Shown here piece after piece: positions 9,756 to 18,970 of a stretch of DNA of 32,000 bases. A program made the position numbers and the translations under genes. This DNA is from Geobacter sulfurreducens PCA. Its GTDB lineage: Bacteria > Desulfobacterota > Desulfuromonadia > Geobacterales > Geobacteraceae. Numbering within the stretch: the stretch's first letter is position 1; each line of letters opens with the position of its first letter. The notes under the pieces were generated by a model. It saw only the letters and a list, made by a program, of their open reading frames with translations. It searched no databases and had not been told where the DNA came from. The stretch covers positions 2,250,001 through 2,282,000 of the forward strand of contig NC_002939.5 in the NCBI RefSeq assembly GCF_000007985.2, given 5' to 3'.

Positions 9756-11096
9756 TTACTCCCCGCTCACGTCCAGGGCGGCAATCCGCAACGACGGCGA
9801 GCCCACGGTACCGTAGAAGCGCAGGTCATTCCCCACCGCCTCGACCCCCCTGAACAGCTCCAAGATGTTGCCCGCAATGGCGATCCCCTTCACCGGCCGG
9901 GTCACGCGTCCGTCCTCCACCAGGAAGCCCGCTGCGCCCACGGAGAAGTCACCCGAAATGGTATTGGCGGTATGCATCCCCATTACCTCGGTCAGCAGCA
10001 CTCCCCGCGTGATTCCCGCCAGGAGCGCTTCGGGAGCTTCGGTGCCGTTCTCGATGAAGAGATTGGATACCCCCATGTGCGGCGGCGATTTGATGCCGCT
10101 GCGAATGGCGTTTCCGGTAGGGGCGACCCCCTCCTTGCGCGCCCGGAGCGTATCGTAGAGATAGCTGTCGAGCCGCCCGTTTTGCACCAGAACCGTATTC
10201 CGCTTGGGCACGCCCTCCGCATCGAAGGGAGCGGTTCCCATGCCGCCGGGCAGGGTACCGTCGTCCCGGATGGTGAGCAGCGGCGCAACGATCATCTCGC
10301 CCCGCTTGCCCGCCAGGAGCGACTTGCCCTTTTGAACGCTCTCGGCCAGGAATGCCGGTGCCAGCACTTCGAGGATCTCGGTGGCCACGTAGGTGTCGAG
10401 CACCGCGGGGCAGCGCATGGTCGGCACCGTGGCGGCGCCCAGGAGGCCGGTCGCCTTGGCAACTGCGCCGGCAACGATCCGCTCCACCGAAATGCCGTCG
10501 AAGCGGGATGAGAAATCGAAATCCCACCCCATCTGGGACTGACCGTTTTCCTCGGCAACGGCCGTCACGCTGGCCGACACCGATGTTCCCCGGTAGCGGC
10601 AGCTGACGCCCCGGGAATTGACCACCATAGTCTCCACCATGGAATCACCATAGGTGGCTTTCCGCACCTTCCGCACCCGCGGATCGGCCGCCAGGGTAAG
10701 CCGCTCAAGGTCGAGTGCGACGGCAATCTTTGCCTCTTCGGCCACGGCAGCAAGCCCGTCGTCGAACAGCCCCGGAACATCGGGATATACCGCCGGCGGG
10801 TCGGGGAAACCGTGGTCCGCGTCCGGGGTCTGGCTTTCGGCACCCACAAGGGCGTTGTCCACCATGCGCGCCAAGTCCTCCGGTGCCATGCTTGTGGAAA
10901 AGGAGAACCCCATGCCGCCGTTCTTCAGCACGCGCACGCTCACCCCCAGCGGGGCGGAACACTTGAAGGTATCGACCTTTTGTTCCTTCACCTCGATAGA
11001 AAGAATGTGCGACGATGCGGCGGTTATCTCCCATCCGTCCAGGGAACGGTTGGCGAGTATTTCTTGAACGGCGCTGATCATGCCGGCGGTATCCAT
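9756..11096 (-). CDS. TldD/PmbA-family metalloprotease (PmbA-like)
   Basis: 446 aa, ATG at 11096 with GAGAGG upstream. MDTAGMISAVQEILANRSLDGWEITAASSHILSIEVKEQKVDTFK...GVSVRVLKNGGMGFSFS is typical PmbA/TldD architecture. Confidence 0.85.
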   Translation of the reverse strand: MDTAGMISAVQEILANRSLDGWEITAASSHILSIEVKEQKVDTFKCSAPLGVSVRVLKNGGMGFSFSTSMAPEDLARMVDNALVGAESQTPDADHGFPDPPAVYPDVPGLFDDGLAAVAEEAKIAVALDLERLTLAADPRVRKVRKATYGDSMVETMVVNSRGVSCRYRGTSVSASVTAVAEENGQSQMGWDFDFSSRFDGISVERIVAGAVAKATGLLGAATVPTMRCPAVLDTYVATEILEVLAPAFLAESVQKGKSLLAGKRGEMIVAPLLTIRDDGTLPGGMGTAPFDAEGVPKRNTVLVQNGRLDSYLYDTLRARKEGVAPTGNAIRSGIKSPPHMGVSNLFIENGTEAPEALLAGITRGVLLTEVMGMHTANTISGDFSVGAAGFLVEDGRVTRPVKGIAIAGNILELFRGVEAVGNDLRFYGTVGSPSLRIAALDVSGE

Positions 11097-11105
11097 GGAA
11101 ACCTC

Positions 11106-11555
11106 TCAGAGATCAAGAATCATCGCGATTTCATCGCAGTCGGGGAACTTGACGCACTTGATGCAGTCGGTCCAGACCTTGTGGGGCAACTCCGACTTGT
11201 CCACGATCCTCATACCGAACTTGCCGAAGAAATCGGGCTTGTAGGTGAGGCAGAATACGCGCTTGAGCCCCAATTGCCTAGCCTCGTCGATACAGGCCTG
11301 CACGAGCATGGTACCGATCCCCTTGCGCCCCGCATCCTCGGACACGGCCACGGACCGGATCTCTGCCAGGTCTTCCCACATGATATGGAGGGCGGCGGCG
11401 CCGAGCACCACACCGTTTTCCTCCCAGACGTAAAAATCGCGGATCGCCTCATACAGCTCCGACAGTGAGCGGGAGAGCATATCGCCCCGGCTGGCGAAGT
11501 GGGTGAGAAGCTTCTGTATATCCTTGACGTCGGCAATCTGGGCCTTGCGGAGCAT
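11106..11555 (-). CDS. GNAT-family N-acetyltransferase (short ArgA-like type)
   Basis: 149 aa. EIRSVAVSEDAGRKGIGTMLVQACIDEARQLG is the acetyl-CoA binding R/Q-x-x-G-x-G/A motif. AAGGAG lies upstream of the ATG. Confidence 0.8.
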   Translation of the reverse strand: MLRKAQIADVKDIQKLLTHFASRGDMLSRSLSELYEAIRDFYVWEENGVVLGAAALHIMWEDLAEIRSVAVSEDAGRKGIGTMLVQACIDEARQLGLKRVFCLTYKPDFFGKFGMRIVDKSELPHKVWTDCIKCVKFPDCDEIAMILDL

Positions 11556-11599
11556 GGCGCGGTATCTCCTTGCGTGATGGAATGAAGATGGAAAACGGA

Positions 11600-12520
11600 T
11601 CAGTACTTACGTCGGTCGACGACAAAGCAGCTCTTGTGGGATTGCTTGGCAAGGGTCTTGAGCTCTGCCGCCACCTCGGCCACCTTGGCGTAGTGGCCGA
11701 TTTTGGGAGAGTCCGTGGGAACGATGGCGATGGCGACCCCCATGAGGGGGACCTTCTCCTCGTTCCCCTTGCGGTCGTGGGCCAGGAAAAAGCCATTACG
11801 CTTTTCCTCCTCGTTGAAGAGTTCCGAAACCACGGCAGTGAAATTGGCGATGATCCGCCCGGCAACCACCTCGGCCTGGTCGAAGGGGACGATAAAGACG
11901 AAATCGTCCCCGCCGATGTGTCCCGCGAAGCCGTCGCCTGCGTCCTTCACGGCGTTGGACATGATGCGGCCGAGCATCCTCAGGACCTCGTCGCCGTGGG
12001 CGAAACCGTAGACATCGTTATACTGCTTGAAGTGGTTGATGTCCACATAGCAGACCGCCATGGGCTTGCCCACCGTCTGCTCGATGGCGCGCTGAATGGA
12101 GGTGTTGCCCGGCAGCCTGGTGAGAGGATTGTTGTCGAAAACCCGCCGCAGCCGCCGCAGCGACAGAACGATGCGGGTAAAAAGCTCCCGGAAATTCAGG
12201 GGGAAGGTAACGAAATCATCCAGGGGATACTCATCCCAGTCGAAAAACTCTGCCGCCGGCTCCGGCATCATGCCGATGACCGGAATGGTGCTGAAGAAAA
12301 AGTCGTCCTTGAGGCTCCTGATAATGCCCAGGAACGCCTCGTCGGGCGAGGAGAGATCCATGAGGATCACGTCGGGGGGATCCGAGTAGATGAATCCCAT
12401 GACGCTGGAGGGGGTCGTCAGGGTCACCACCTGATACCCTTTACTCTGGAGGCGGAGCTCGATATTGCCGTCCCCCCGCTTTTCATTGGCAACGATGGCT
12501 ATTCTCAGGTCAGATCTCAT
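11600..12520 (-). CDS. Receiver-like domain plus GGDEF-domain protein (putative diguanylate cyclase, GGDDF variant)
   Basis: 306 aa. The N-terminal CheY-like fold retains an Asp (ILMDLSSP) but lacks the DD acidic pocket (IVANEK) and the conserved Lys (DFVTFPL). The C-terminal part reads YVDINHFKQYNDVYGFAHGDEVLRML...GHIGGDDFVFIVP. The ATG is overlapped by the HDOD gene stop. Confidence 0.85.
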   Translation of the reverse strand: MRSDLRIAIVANEKRGDGNIELRLQSKGYQVVTLTTPSSVMGFIYSDPPDVILMDLSSPDEAFLGIIRSLKDDFFFSTIPVIGMMPEPAAEFFDWDEYPLDDFVTFPLNFRELFTRIVLSLRRLRRVFDNNPLTRLPGNTSIQRAIEQTVGKPMAVCYVDINHFKQYNDVYGFAHGDEVLRMLGRIMSNAVKDAGDGFAGHIGGDDFVFIVPFDQAEVVAGRIIANFTAVVSELFNEEEKRNGFFLAHDRKGNEEKVPLMGVAIAIVPTDSPKIGHYAKVAEVAAELKTLAKQSHKSCFVVDRRKY

Positions 12521-13364
12521 CGACGGCCTGTATCTCCAGACTGAAGTTCTTCGTTTCGATCAGCCGGTCCTCCAGCTCTTCCACAATGGCAACCAGGTCG
12601 CCCTCGGTCATGCCCAGCCTCTGCCACGCCTCGGGCTGGATCTGGGGGACATACTCGTCGCCGCTGAAACCGAAGCCGCTGGCCTTCACGAGCACATCGG
12701 CCAGATGGACCACGGCGGTCTTGACCTGGTGGGTCGATGAGCGTGCCACGTCGTGGTGACAGGCCACGGGCTCGCTCAGCTTGTCCGGCAGGTACCAGCT
12801 CCGCACGAGCCACTCCCCCACCTCCGCGTGATCGGTTCCCAGCAGCTCCCGCTCCGCGTCCAGCATGGCCAGTCCCTTCCTCTCCATGAGCATGGCGACA
12901 CGGGCGTAGTCCTCGGGGCATTTCTCCTTGATGATCACCTTGCCGATGTCGTGCAGAAGCGCTGCCGTGGAGATTTCCTCCACCTCGGGGAGCTTCAGGC
13001 GGCGGGCAATGATGTTCGCAGCCACGCCGGCGCCGAGGGAGTGCTCCCAAAGCCCAACGATGGTCTTCTCCATGATTTCGAAGATGGAGGAGCTAAGCGC
13101 CAGACTCTTGATGACATTCACGCCCAGGAGGATCAGGGCGTTGGAAATGGTGGAAACCCGGTAGAACCCGTAGGAGGGGGAGTTCACCAGACGCAGCACC
13201 CGCGCCGACAGGATCTGGTCAGAGGAGACGAGTTGCGCCATTTCCTGAATGGTCGACTTGCGGTTTTCCGACAGGGCCTGGAGCCGTGTCACGATGCCGG
13301 GAAGCGTCGGGAGCGTGCTCGTGTCACGGATGATCTCGAAAATCTCGGTCCGCTTATCGTTCAC
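12510..13364 (-). CDS. HDOD-domain signalling protein
   Basis: LPTLPGIVTRLQALSENRKSTIQEMAQLVSSDQILSARVLRLVNSPSYGFYRVSTISNALILLG...LLHDIGKV...GTDHAEVGEWL...CHHD. The track ORF (336 aa) has an implausible R/S-rich N-terminus that overlaps the upstream gene. I place the start at GTG 13364, 6 nt after GGAGG at 13375-13371. GTG 13370 is an alternative. Confidence 0.8.
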   Translation of the reverse strand: MNDKRTEIFEIIRDTSTLPTLPGIVTRLQALSENRKSTIQEMAQLVSSDQILSARVLRLVNSPSYGFYRVSTISNALILLGVNVIKSLALSSSIFEIMEKTIVGLWEHSLGAGVAANIIARRLKLPEVEEISTAALLHDIGKVIIKEKCPEDYARVAMLMERKGLAMLDAERELLGTDHAEVGEWLVRSWYLPDKLSEPVACHHDVARSSTHQVKTAVVHLADVLVKASGFGFSGDEYVPQIQPEAWQRLGMTEGDLVAIVEELEDRLIETKNFSLEIQAVDEI

Positions 13365-13683
13365 CGCCACCCTCCACGGAGCGGACGATGCCCGCCTGGA
13401 ACAGTTCCTTGAGCCGCTGCATGAGCGGATTCCCCTCCACTTTGCTGAAACGCCGGTCCAGATCGGCCAGCATGTCGTCGAGGGACTTTTCACCTTCGAG
13501 CTCAACCGGCCTGCCCTCAACGGTGAGAGTCTTCACCCCGAGATTACGCAGCCGCTCCAACAGGGCCGCTGTGATAACGGTTCCCTTGCCGCAGATCGGT
13601 GGACCCTGTGGGTTGTCAGCCCGCTTCACCTCCCGGGCCAAAACCATGTCCGGCGCGGCGAGGGCTATGGGAATGGTTTGCAT
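13354..13683 (-). CDS. Small conserved-looking hypothetical protein (109 aa)
   Basis: ATG at 13683 with GAGGAG 8 nt upstream. MQTIPIALAAPDMVLAREVKRADNPQGPPICGKGTVITAALLERLRNLGVKTLTVEG... resembles, from memory, the N-terminal module seen in some HD-GYP proteins. It overlaps the HDOD gene start. Confidence 0.6.
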   Translation of the reverse strand: MQTIPIALAAPDMVLAREVKRADNPQGPPICGKGTVITAALLERLRNLGVKTLTVEGRPVELEGEKSLDDMLADLDRRFSKVEGNPLMQRLKELFQAGIVRSVEGGGER

Positions 13684-13750
13684 CTGCCTAGCTCCTCATG
13701 AAAATTACATATCCGCATAAGTGTACCAGATAACGGTGCCGGCGCGAGTG

Positions 13751-15427
13751 TCAGCCCCCGACAGCAGCCCTGCGGGCGCCCTCGATCATCTCCCGGGCAT
13801 GATCGAGGGTGGTGCCGGTGATGGTCACTCCGCCGAGCATTCGTGCCATTTCCGCGACCCGGTCCTCCCCTTCGAGAGGGGTGACCGCCGTGGCGGTCCG
13901 TCCGCCTTCAACCCGCTTTTCCACCTTGTAGTGCCGATCGGCAAAGGCGGCAACCTGGGGGTGATGGGTGATGCAGAGGACCTGCTGGGCACGGCTTACC
14001 CGCTTGAGCTTCTCCCCCACCAGGGCCGATGTGGCGCCGCCAATGCCGGTATCCACCTCGTCGAAAATGAGGGTCGGCACGTCGCTCTCGGGGTGGACCT
14101 GCTTGAGGGCCAGCATGAGTCGCGAAAGCTCCCCACCGGAGGCAATCCGCGCCAGGGGTTTCGGTTCTTCCCCCGGATTCGGGGAAAACAGGAAGGTTAC
14201 GCTGTCGAGCCCCGTCTGGCGCGGTTCGGGCAGTTCCTCGAACGCCACGTCGAACAGGGCGTGCTTCATTGCAAGCTCGTGGATCTCCCGCTCCATGGCG
14301 GCCTTGAGCCGCTTTGCCGCTTCGTGCCGCTTTGCCGAGAGACCATGCCCCGTTTCCCTCACCCGGCCGGCCAGGGTTTCCAGCTCCCGGTCGAGATCGC
14401 TGCGGGTCCGGTCGCGGTTGAGAAGCAGTTCCATCTCCCGGGCCGCTTCCTCGCCATAGGCGATGATCTCTTCCACGGTGGGGGCGTATTTCTTCTTCAG
14501 GCGCCGGATCAGATCGAGCCGCTCGTCCACCGCCTCCAGTCGGGCCGGGTCGGCCTCGATGCGCGCACCGTAGCCCCGCAGGGTCAGGGCCGCATCCTCC
14601 AGTTGAGCCGCCGCCGATTCCACAACGTCCAACAGCGGGGCCAGTGAGGCATCAACCCCGGATATTTCGGCAACCCTACCCTTCACTCGGGCAAGCAGGT
14701 GCAGAACCGAAGACTCGTCGCCGTACAGGGCTTCATAGGCCTCTTCGCTCCCCCGGCTGAGCCGCTCGGCATTGACGAGCAGTTCCCGCTCCCCGGCCAG
14801 GGCCTCTTCCTCGCCCGGCGCCAGGGCTGCGGCGTGGATCTCCTCCACCTGGAAGCTCAAGAGGTCCAGGCGCCGGGCAGCCTCCCGCTCACCCTCGTCC
14901 AGCTCCCTGAGCCGGGCTTCGGTCTCCCGGTACCGGTCGAAGATGGCCGCATAGTCGGCCCGCAGGGAATCGAGGCCGGCGAAGCCGTCCAGCAGCCTCA
15001 GGTGGTTCTCGGGCCGCAGCAGGGTCTGGGACTCGTGCTGGCCGTAAATATTGACGAGTTCGCGGGAGATATCCGACAGCATTGCCAGGGTGGAGAGACC
15101 GCCGCCGATGAAGACCCGATTGCGTCCCGACCGTGACACGACCCGCTTCACCAGCAGCTCGCCGTCGCAATCGAGTCCCATCGCCGCCAGCCGCTGCCCG
15201 AGTGGCGCATCGGTCGGCAGGGAAAAAAGAGCTTCTACCGTTGCCTCTTCCTCGCCGGTCCGGACCAGCTCAGCCGAGGCGCGCCCCCCCATAATAAGGT
15301 TCACGGCATCGATGATGATCGATTTGCCCGCGCCGGTCTCGCCCGTAAGGACGGTGAGCCCCCGGTCGAAGGAAACATGAAGGGAATCGATGATGGCGAG
15401 GTTCCTGATGGAGAGATCGGTCAGCAC
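13751..15427 (-). CDS. recN: DNA repair protein RecN
   Basis: I trimmed the 645-aa track ORF to GTG 15427, giving VLTDLSIRNLAIIDSLHVSFDRGLTVLTGETGAGKSIIIDA (Walker A), about 558 aa as usual for RecN. The start overlaps the nadK stop (TAGTG). The C-terminal SGGELSRLMLALK signature is present. Confidence 0.9.
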   Translation of the reverse strand: MLTDLSIRNLAIIDSLHVSFDRGLTVLTGETGAGKSIIIDAVNLIMGGRASAELVRTGEEEATVEALFSLPTDAPLGQRLAAMGLDCDGELLVKRVVSRSGRNRVFIGGGLSTLAMLSDISRELVNIYGQHESQTLLRPENHLRLLDGFAGLDSLRADYAAIFDRYRETEARLRELDEGEREAARRLDLLSFQVEEIHAAALAPGEEEALAGERELLVNAERLSRGSEEAYEALYGDESSVLHLLARVKGRVAEISGVDASLAPLLDVVESAAAQLEDAALTLRGYGARIEADPARLEAVDERLDLIRRLKKKYAPTVEEIIAYGEEAAREMELLLNRDRTRSDLDRELETLAGRVRETGHGLSAKRHEAAKRLKAAMEREIHELAMKHALFDVAFEELPEPRQTGLDSVTFLFSPNPGEEPKPLARIASGGELSRLMLALKQVHPESDVPTLIFDEVDTGIGGATSALVGEKLKRVSRAQQVLCITHHPQVAAFADRHYKVEKRVEGGRTATAVTPLEGEDRVAEMARMLGGVTITGTTLDHAREMIEGARRAAVGG

Positions 15428-16281
15428 TACCGCTCCCCCCACTTGAGCTTGGTCCGGAGTACCTCGAAGTAGTTGCGGCTGCGGGACATGACGAGCCGGG
15501 TCCTGTGGGCCGCCCGGCGCACATGCACCGCGTCGCCGCATTTCAGCTCCATCCCCACCTGGCCGTCCAGCGTCAGGTAGACATCCTCGTCCTTGGAGCG
15601 GAGCCAGACGGTTACTCCTGAACTCGACTCGAGCACGATGGGACGGTTGGTGAGGGTGTGGGGACAGATGGGGGTGATCGTGATGCACTCCAGTGACGGA
15701 TGAACGATGGGTCCGTTGGCCGAAAGGCTGTAGCCGGTGGAACCCGTGGGAGTTGAAATAATGAGGCCGTCGGCCTTGTAGGTGGTGAGCCGGATGCCGC
15801 TCACCTCCGTCTCCATGTCGATGATCCTGGCAAGGGCTCCCTTGTTGATGACCACATCGTTCAGAACCCGGTGGGAACAGATCTCCTCGCCGTTACGCTC
15901 TACGGACACGGTAAGCATCATCCGCTCGGTCACCTGAAAATCGCCCGAGAGACAGGATTCCAGCACCGGATAGAGCTCGTCCAGGGTGATCTCGGTCAGA
16001 AAGCCGAGACTGCCCAGGTTGACGCCGAGAATGGGAATCTGGCGGGACCCGATGAGCCGCGCCGCGGAAATGAGGGTCCCGTCGCCGCCGAGGACCACCG
16101 CCATATCGGCCAGCACGGGAATGTCCTCGGGGACGATGCCCTGCCGCCCCCCCAAGTGGCGCGCCAAATGGGCCTCCACCAGCGGAATCAGTCCCCGCGC
16201 CTCCAGCCAGGCGATCAGCTCGCTCGCCACGCCCTGGCAGCGGGGATCGTGAACCTTGGCGAAGATAGCGATTTTTTTCAT
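15427..16281 (-). CDS. nadK: NAD+ kinase
   Basis: 284 aa, ATG start. MKKIAIFAK...VVLGGDGTLISAARL...STPTGSTGYSLSANGP. Confidence 0.9.
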   Translation of the reverse strand: MKKIAIFAKVHDPRCQGVASELIAWLEARGLIPLVEAHLARHLGGRQGIVPEDIPVLADMAVVLGGDGTLISAARLIGSRQIPILGVNLGSLGFLTEITLDELYPVLESCLSGDFQVTERMMLTVSVERNGEEICSHRVLNDVVINKGALARIIDMETEVSGIRLTTYKADGLIISTPTGSTGYSLSANGPIVHPSLECITITPICPHTLTNRPIVLESSSGVTVWLRSKDEDVYLTLDGQVGMELKCGDAVHVRRAAHRTRLVMSRSRNYFEVLRTKLKWGER

Positions 16282-16370
16282 TCGTGCGGCCTTCCGGATA
16301 TGGTATAAACTTGAATTTTACTAACACAGATCAGGTGGCATGTCCAATGGAAATTCGGCCGTTTAGCGCC

Positions 16371-16385
16371 TGGACCTGCCTATGC
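16371..16385 (+). promoter_or_regulatory. Weak sigma-54-type -24/-12 element upstream of glgP
   Basis: cTGGACctgccTATGCT has GG and GC with the canonical 10-nt separation. It lies about 35 nt upstream of the ATG at 16420. Positions other than GG/GC match the consensus poorly. Confidence 0.25.
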
Positions 16386-16419
16386 TATCCGCTTGTTTTC
16401 CCAATTGAAAGGTGCCCCC

Positions 16420-18933
16420 ATGATGGACGAGACGCTTCCCCCCTCCGAGCAGTCCGCCGAACTCGACACCCTGATGCTCATCATCAAGTCTTTTCTGGAA
16501 CACCTGGAGTACACCCTCGGCAAGGACAAATACTCAGCGACACGGCATGACATCTTCAACGCCTTGGCCTATGCGGTCCGCGACCGGATGGTGGAGCGAT
16601 GGCTCGACACCCAGCAGGCCTACTACAATCAGGACCCCAAGAGGATCTACTATCTCTCAATGGAATTCCTCATGGGGCGGACCCTGGAGAACAGCCTCGT
16701 AAACCTGGGGCTGCTGGACGATTTCCGTGACGCCATGAACTCCCTCGGCTTCGATCTGGATGTCCTCATCGACCAGGAACAGGACGCAGGGCTCGGCAAC
16801 GGCGGCCTGGGCCGACTCGCTGCCTGCTTCCTCGACTCCATGGCCACTATGGGGATTCCGGGCTACGGTTACGGCATCCGCTACGAGTACGGCATCTTCC
16901 GCCAGAATATCGTGGACGGGGCCCAGGTGGAATACCCGGACAACTGGCTCCGCTACCGCAATCCCTGGGAGCTGGACCGGCAGGAGCACCTTCACCCGGT
17001 CAAGTTCTACGGCCGGGTTGTAGAACGCAAGAACGCTGAAGGGAACACCGTCTTCGCCTGGATCGACACCGAGGATGTCATGGCCATGGCCTACGACACC
17101 CCGATCCCCGGTTTCGGCACTAACTCAGTGAACACCATGCGGCTGTGGACGGCCAAGTCCTCGCGGGACTTCGACCTGACCTTCTTTAACGAGGGGAACT
17201 ACATCCGGGCCGTTGAAAAGAAGATGCTGTCCGAGAACATATCGAAGGTGCTCTATCCGGCAGACCACATCCCCGAGGGCAAGGAACTCCGTTTCAAGCA
17301 GGAGTATTTTCTCGCCTCGGCCACCATCCAGGATGTGATCTACCGTTTCCGCAAGAATCACAGCGACCTGCGCCTGATCCCCGACAAGGTGGCCATCCAG
17401 TTGAACGACACCCACCCCTCCCTGGCCATTCCCGAGATGATGCGGCTGCTCATGGACCGGGAACGGCTCGACTGGGATACCGCGTGGGACATCACCACCC
17501 GGACCTTTGCCTACACCAACCACACCATCCTCCCCGAAGCCCTGGAAAAGTGGCCGGTCTGGTTCCTGGAGCAGATTCTCCCCCGCCACCTCCAGATCAT
17601 CTACGAAATCAACGACCGGTTCCTGGCTCAGGTCCGCCAACACTTCCCGGGTGACACGGGCCGTCTGGAGCGGATGTCGCTGGTGGAGGAGCACTGGGAG
17701 CGCAAAATCCGCATGGCGCATCTGGCCATTGTCGGCAGTCACTCGGTGAACGGCGTGGCGGCGCTCCACACTGAAATCCTCAAGGAAAAGGTATTTACCG
17801 ACTTTTTCGAGATGTGGCCCGAGCGGTTCAACAACAAAACCAACGGCATCACCCAGCGCCGCTGGCTGAAAAGCGCCAACCCGGGGCAGGCGGGACTAAT
17901 CAGCCGCGCGATCGGCGACGGCTGGATCACCGATCTGGACCAGTTGCGCAAACTCGCTGACCTTGCGAAAGACCGGGATTTCATTCATGCCTGGCAGCGG
18001 GTGAAGCAGGAGAACAAAAAGCGGCTGGCCGACTACATATTCCGGAACAATGAACTCCAGGTGAACGTAGACTCCCTCTTCGACTGTCAGGTCAAGCGGA
18101 TCCACGAATACAAGCGGCAATTGCTGAACGTGCTCCACGTCATCACGCTCTACAACAGGATCAAGGCAGCCCCCGCGGGAGACTTCGTCCCCCGCACCGT
18201 CATTTTCAGCGGCAAGGCGGCACCGGCCTACGCCCTGGCCAAGCTCATCATCCGGTTGATCAATGCGGTCGGCGACGTGGTCAACAATGACCCGGACGTG
18301 GGAGACCGTCTCAAGGTGGTGTTCCTGGCCAACTACAGCGTGTCGCTGGCGGAGAAGATATTCCCTGCCTCGGACCTTTCGGAACAGATTTCCACTGCCG
18401 GCACCGAGGCGTCGGGCACCGGCAACATGAAGTTCGCCCTGAACGGGGCTCTCACCATCGGGACTCTGGACGGGGCCAACATCGAAATCATGGAGGAAGT
18501 TGGGCGCGAAAACATCTTCATCTTCGGCATGACCGCCGGTGAAGTCGATGAACTGCGCCGGCGGGGCTACGACCCGAGGGATTACTACCACCGGATTCCC
18601 GAGCTCAAACGGGTGCTGGACCAGATTGCCGAAGGCTTCTTCTCGCCGGCCACGCCGGACCTCTTCCGCCCCGTCGTCGATGCCCTTCTCAACCAGGGCG
18701 ACAACTACATGCTGCTGGCCGATTATGCCTCCTACGTGGCCTGCCAGGAAGAGGTGAGCCGGCTCTACCTGGACCCGGACGAGTGGGCCCGCAGGGCGAT
18801 CCTCAACTGTGCCGGCATGGGCAAGTTTTCCAGCGATCGGACCATCGCCGAGTACGCCCGCGACATCTGGGGCGTGGAGCAGATGGAAGTCCGGCCCGTT
18901 CTCGAGTTCCGCAAGCATGACGGCCCGGCGTAA
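16420..18933 (+). CDS. glgP: Glycogen/maltodextrin phosphorylase
   Basis: The track start at 16393 is a TTG, so I prefer ATG 16420 with GAAAGGTG upstream. [43 protein letters not shown] (PLP lysine motif), about 837 aa. Confidence 0.92.
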   Translation: MMDETLPPSEQSAELDTLMLIIKSFLEHLEYTLGKDKYSATRHDIFNALAYAVRDRMVERWLDTQQAYYNQDPKRIYYLSMEFLMGRTLENSLVNLGLLDDFRDAMNSLGFDLDVLIDQEQDAGLGNGGLGRLAACFLDSMATMGIPGYGYGIRYEYGIFRQNIVDGAQVEYPDNWLRYRNPWELDRQEHLHPVKFYGRVVERKNAEGNTVFAWIDTEDVMAMAYDTPIPGFGTNSVNTMRLWTAKSSRDFDLTFFNEGNYIRAVEKKMLSENISKVLYPADHIPEGKELRFKQEYFLASATIQDVIYRFRKNHSDLRLIPDKVAIQLNDTHPSLAIPEMMRLLMDRERLDWDTAWDITTRTFAYTNHTILPEALEKWPVWFLEQILPRHLQIIYEINDRFLAQVRQHFPGDTGRLERMSLVEEHWERKIRMAHLAIVGSHSVNGVAALHTEILKEKVFTDFFEMWPERFNNKTNGITQRRWLKSANPGQAGLISRAIGDGWITDLDQLRKLADLAKDRDFIHAWQRVKQENKKRLADYIFRNNELQVNVDSLFDCQVKRIHEYKRQLLNVLHVITLYNRIKAAPAGDFVPRTVIFSGKAAPAYALAKLIIRLINAVGDVVNNDPDVGDRLKVVFLANYSVSLAEKIFPASDLSEQISTAGTEASGTGNMKFALNGALTIGTLDGANIEIMEEVGRENIFIFGMTAGEVDELRRRGYDPRDYYHRIPELKRVLDQIAEGFFSPATPDLFRPVVDALLNQGDNYMLLADYASYVACQEEVSRLYLDPDEWARRAILNCAGMGKFSSDRTIAEYARDIWGVEQMEVRPVLEFRKHDGPA

Positions 18934-18970
18934 GAGCGGCGGTCAGCGCACAACCGGCCACGATCACGAC

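Noticed and set aside
11600-12100. Possibility that the REC-GGDEF protein is a Hypr-GGDEF (cGAMP synthase) as described for Geobacter GacA.
   Set aside because: The specificity position carries the canonical Asp (HGDEVL) rather than Ser/Thr, so there is no sequence support for ATP use.
13684-13750. Sigma-54-like TGGTAC...TGC element upstream of the small ORF / HDOD / GGDEF module.
   Set aside because: GG and GC are separated by 9 nt rather than the required 10. A weak sigma-70-like TTATCT-N16-TATGTA is equally possible, so nothing is called.
17896-18918. 340-aa minus-strand ORF. Further examples are 17125-17769(-), 19049-19729(-), 20257-21036(-) and 22727-23794(+).
   Set aside because: These are antisense shadows of glgP, rarA, pfkA and plsC. 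There are no motifs, and they span real gene boundaries.
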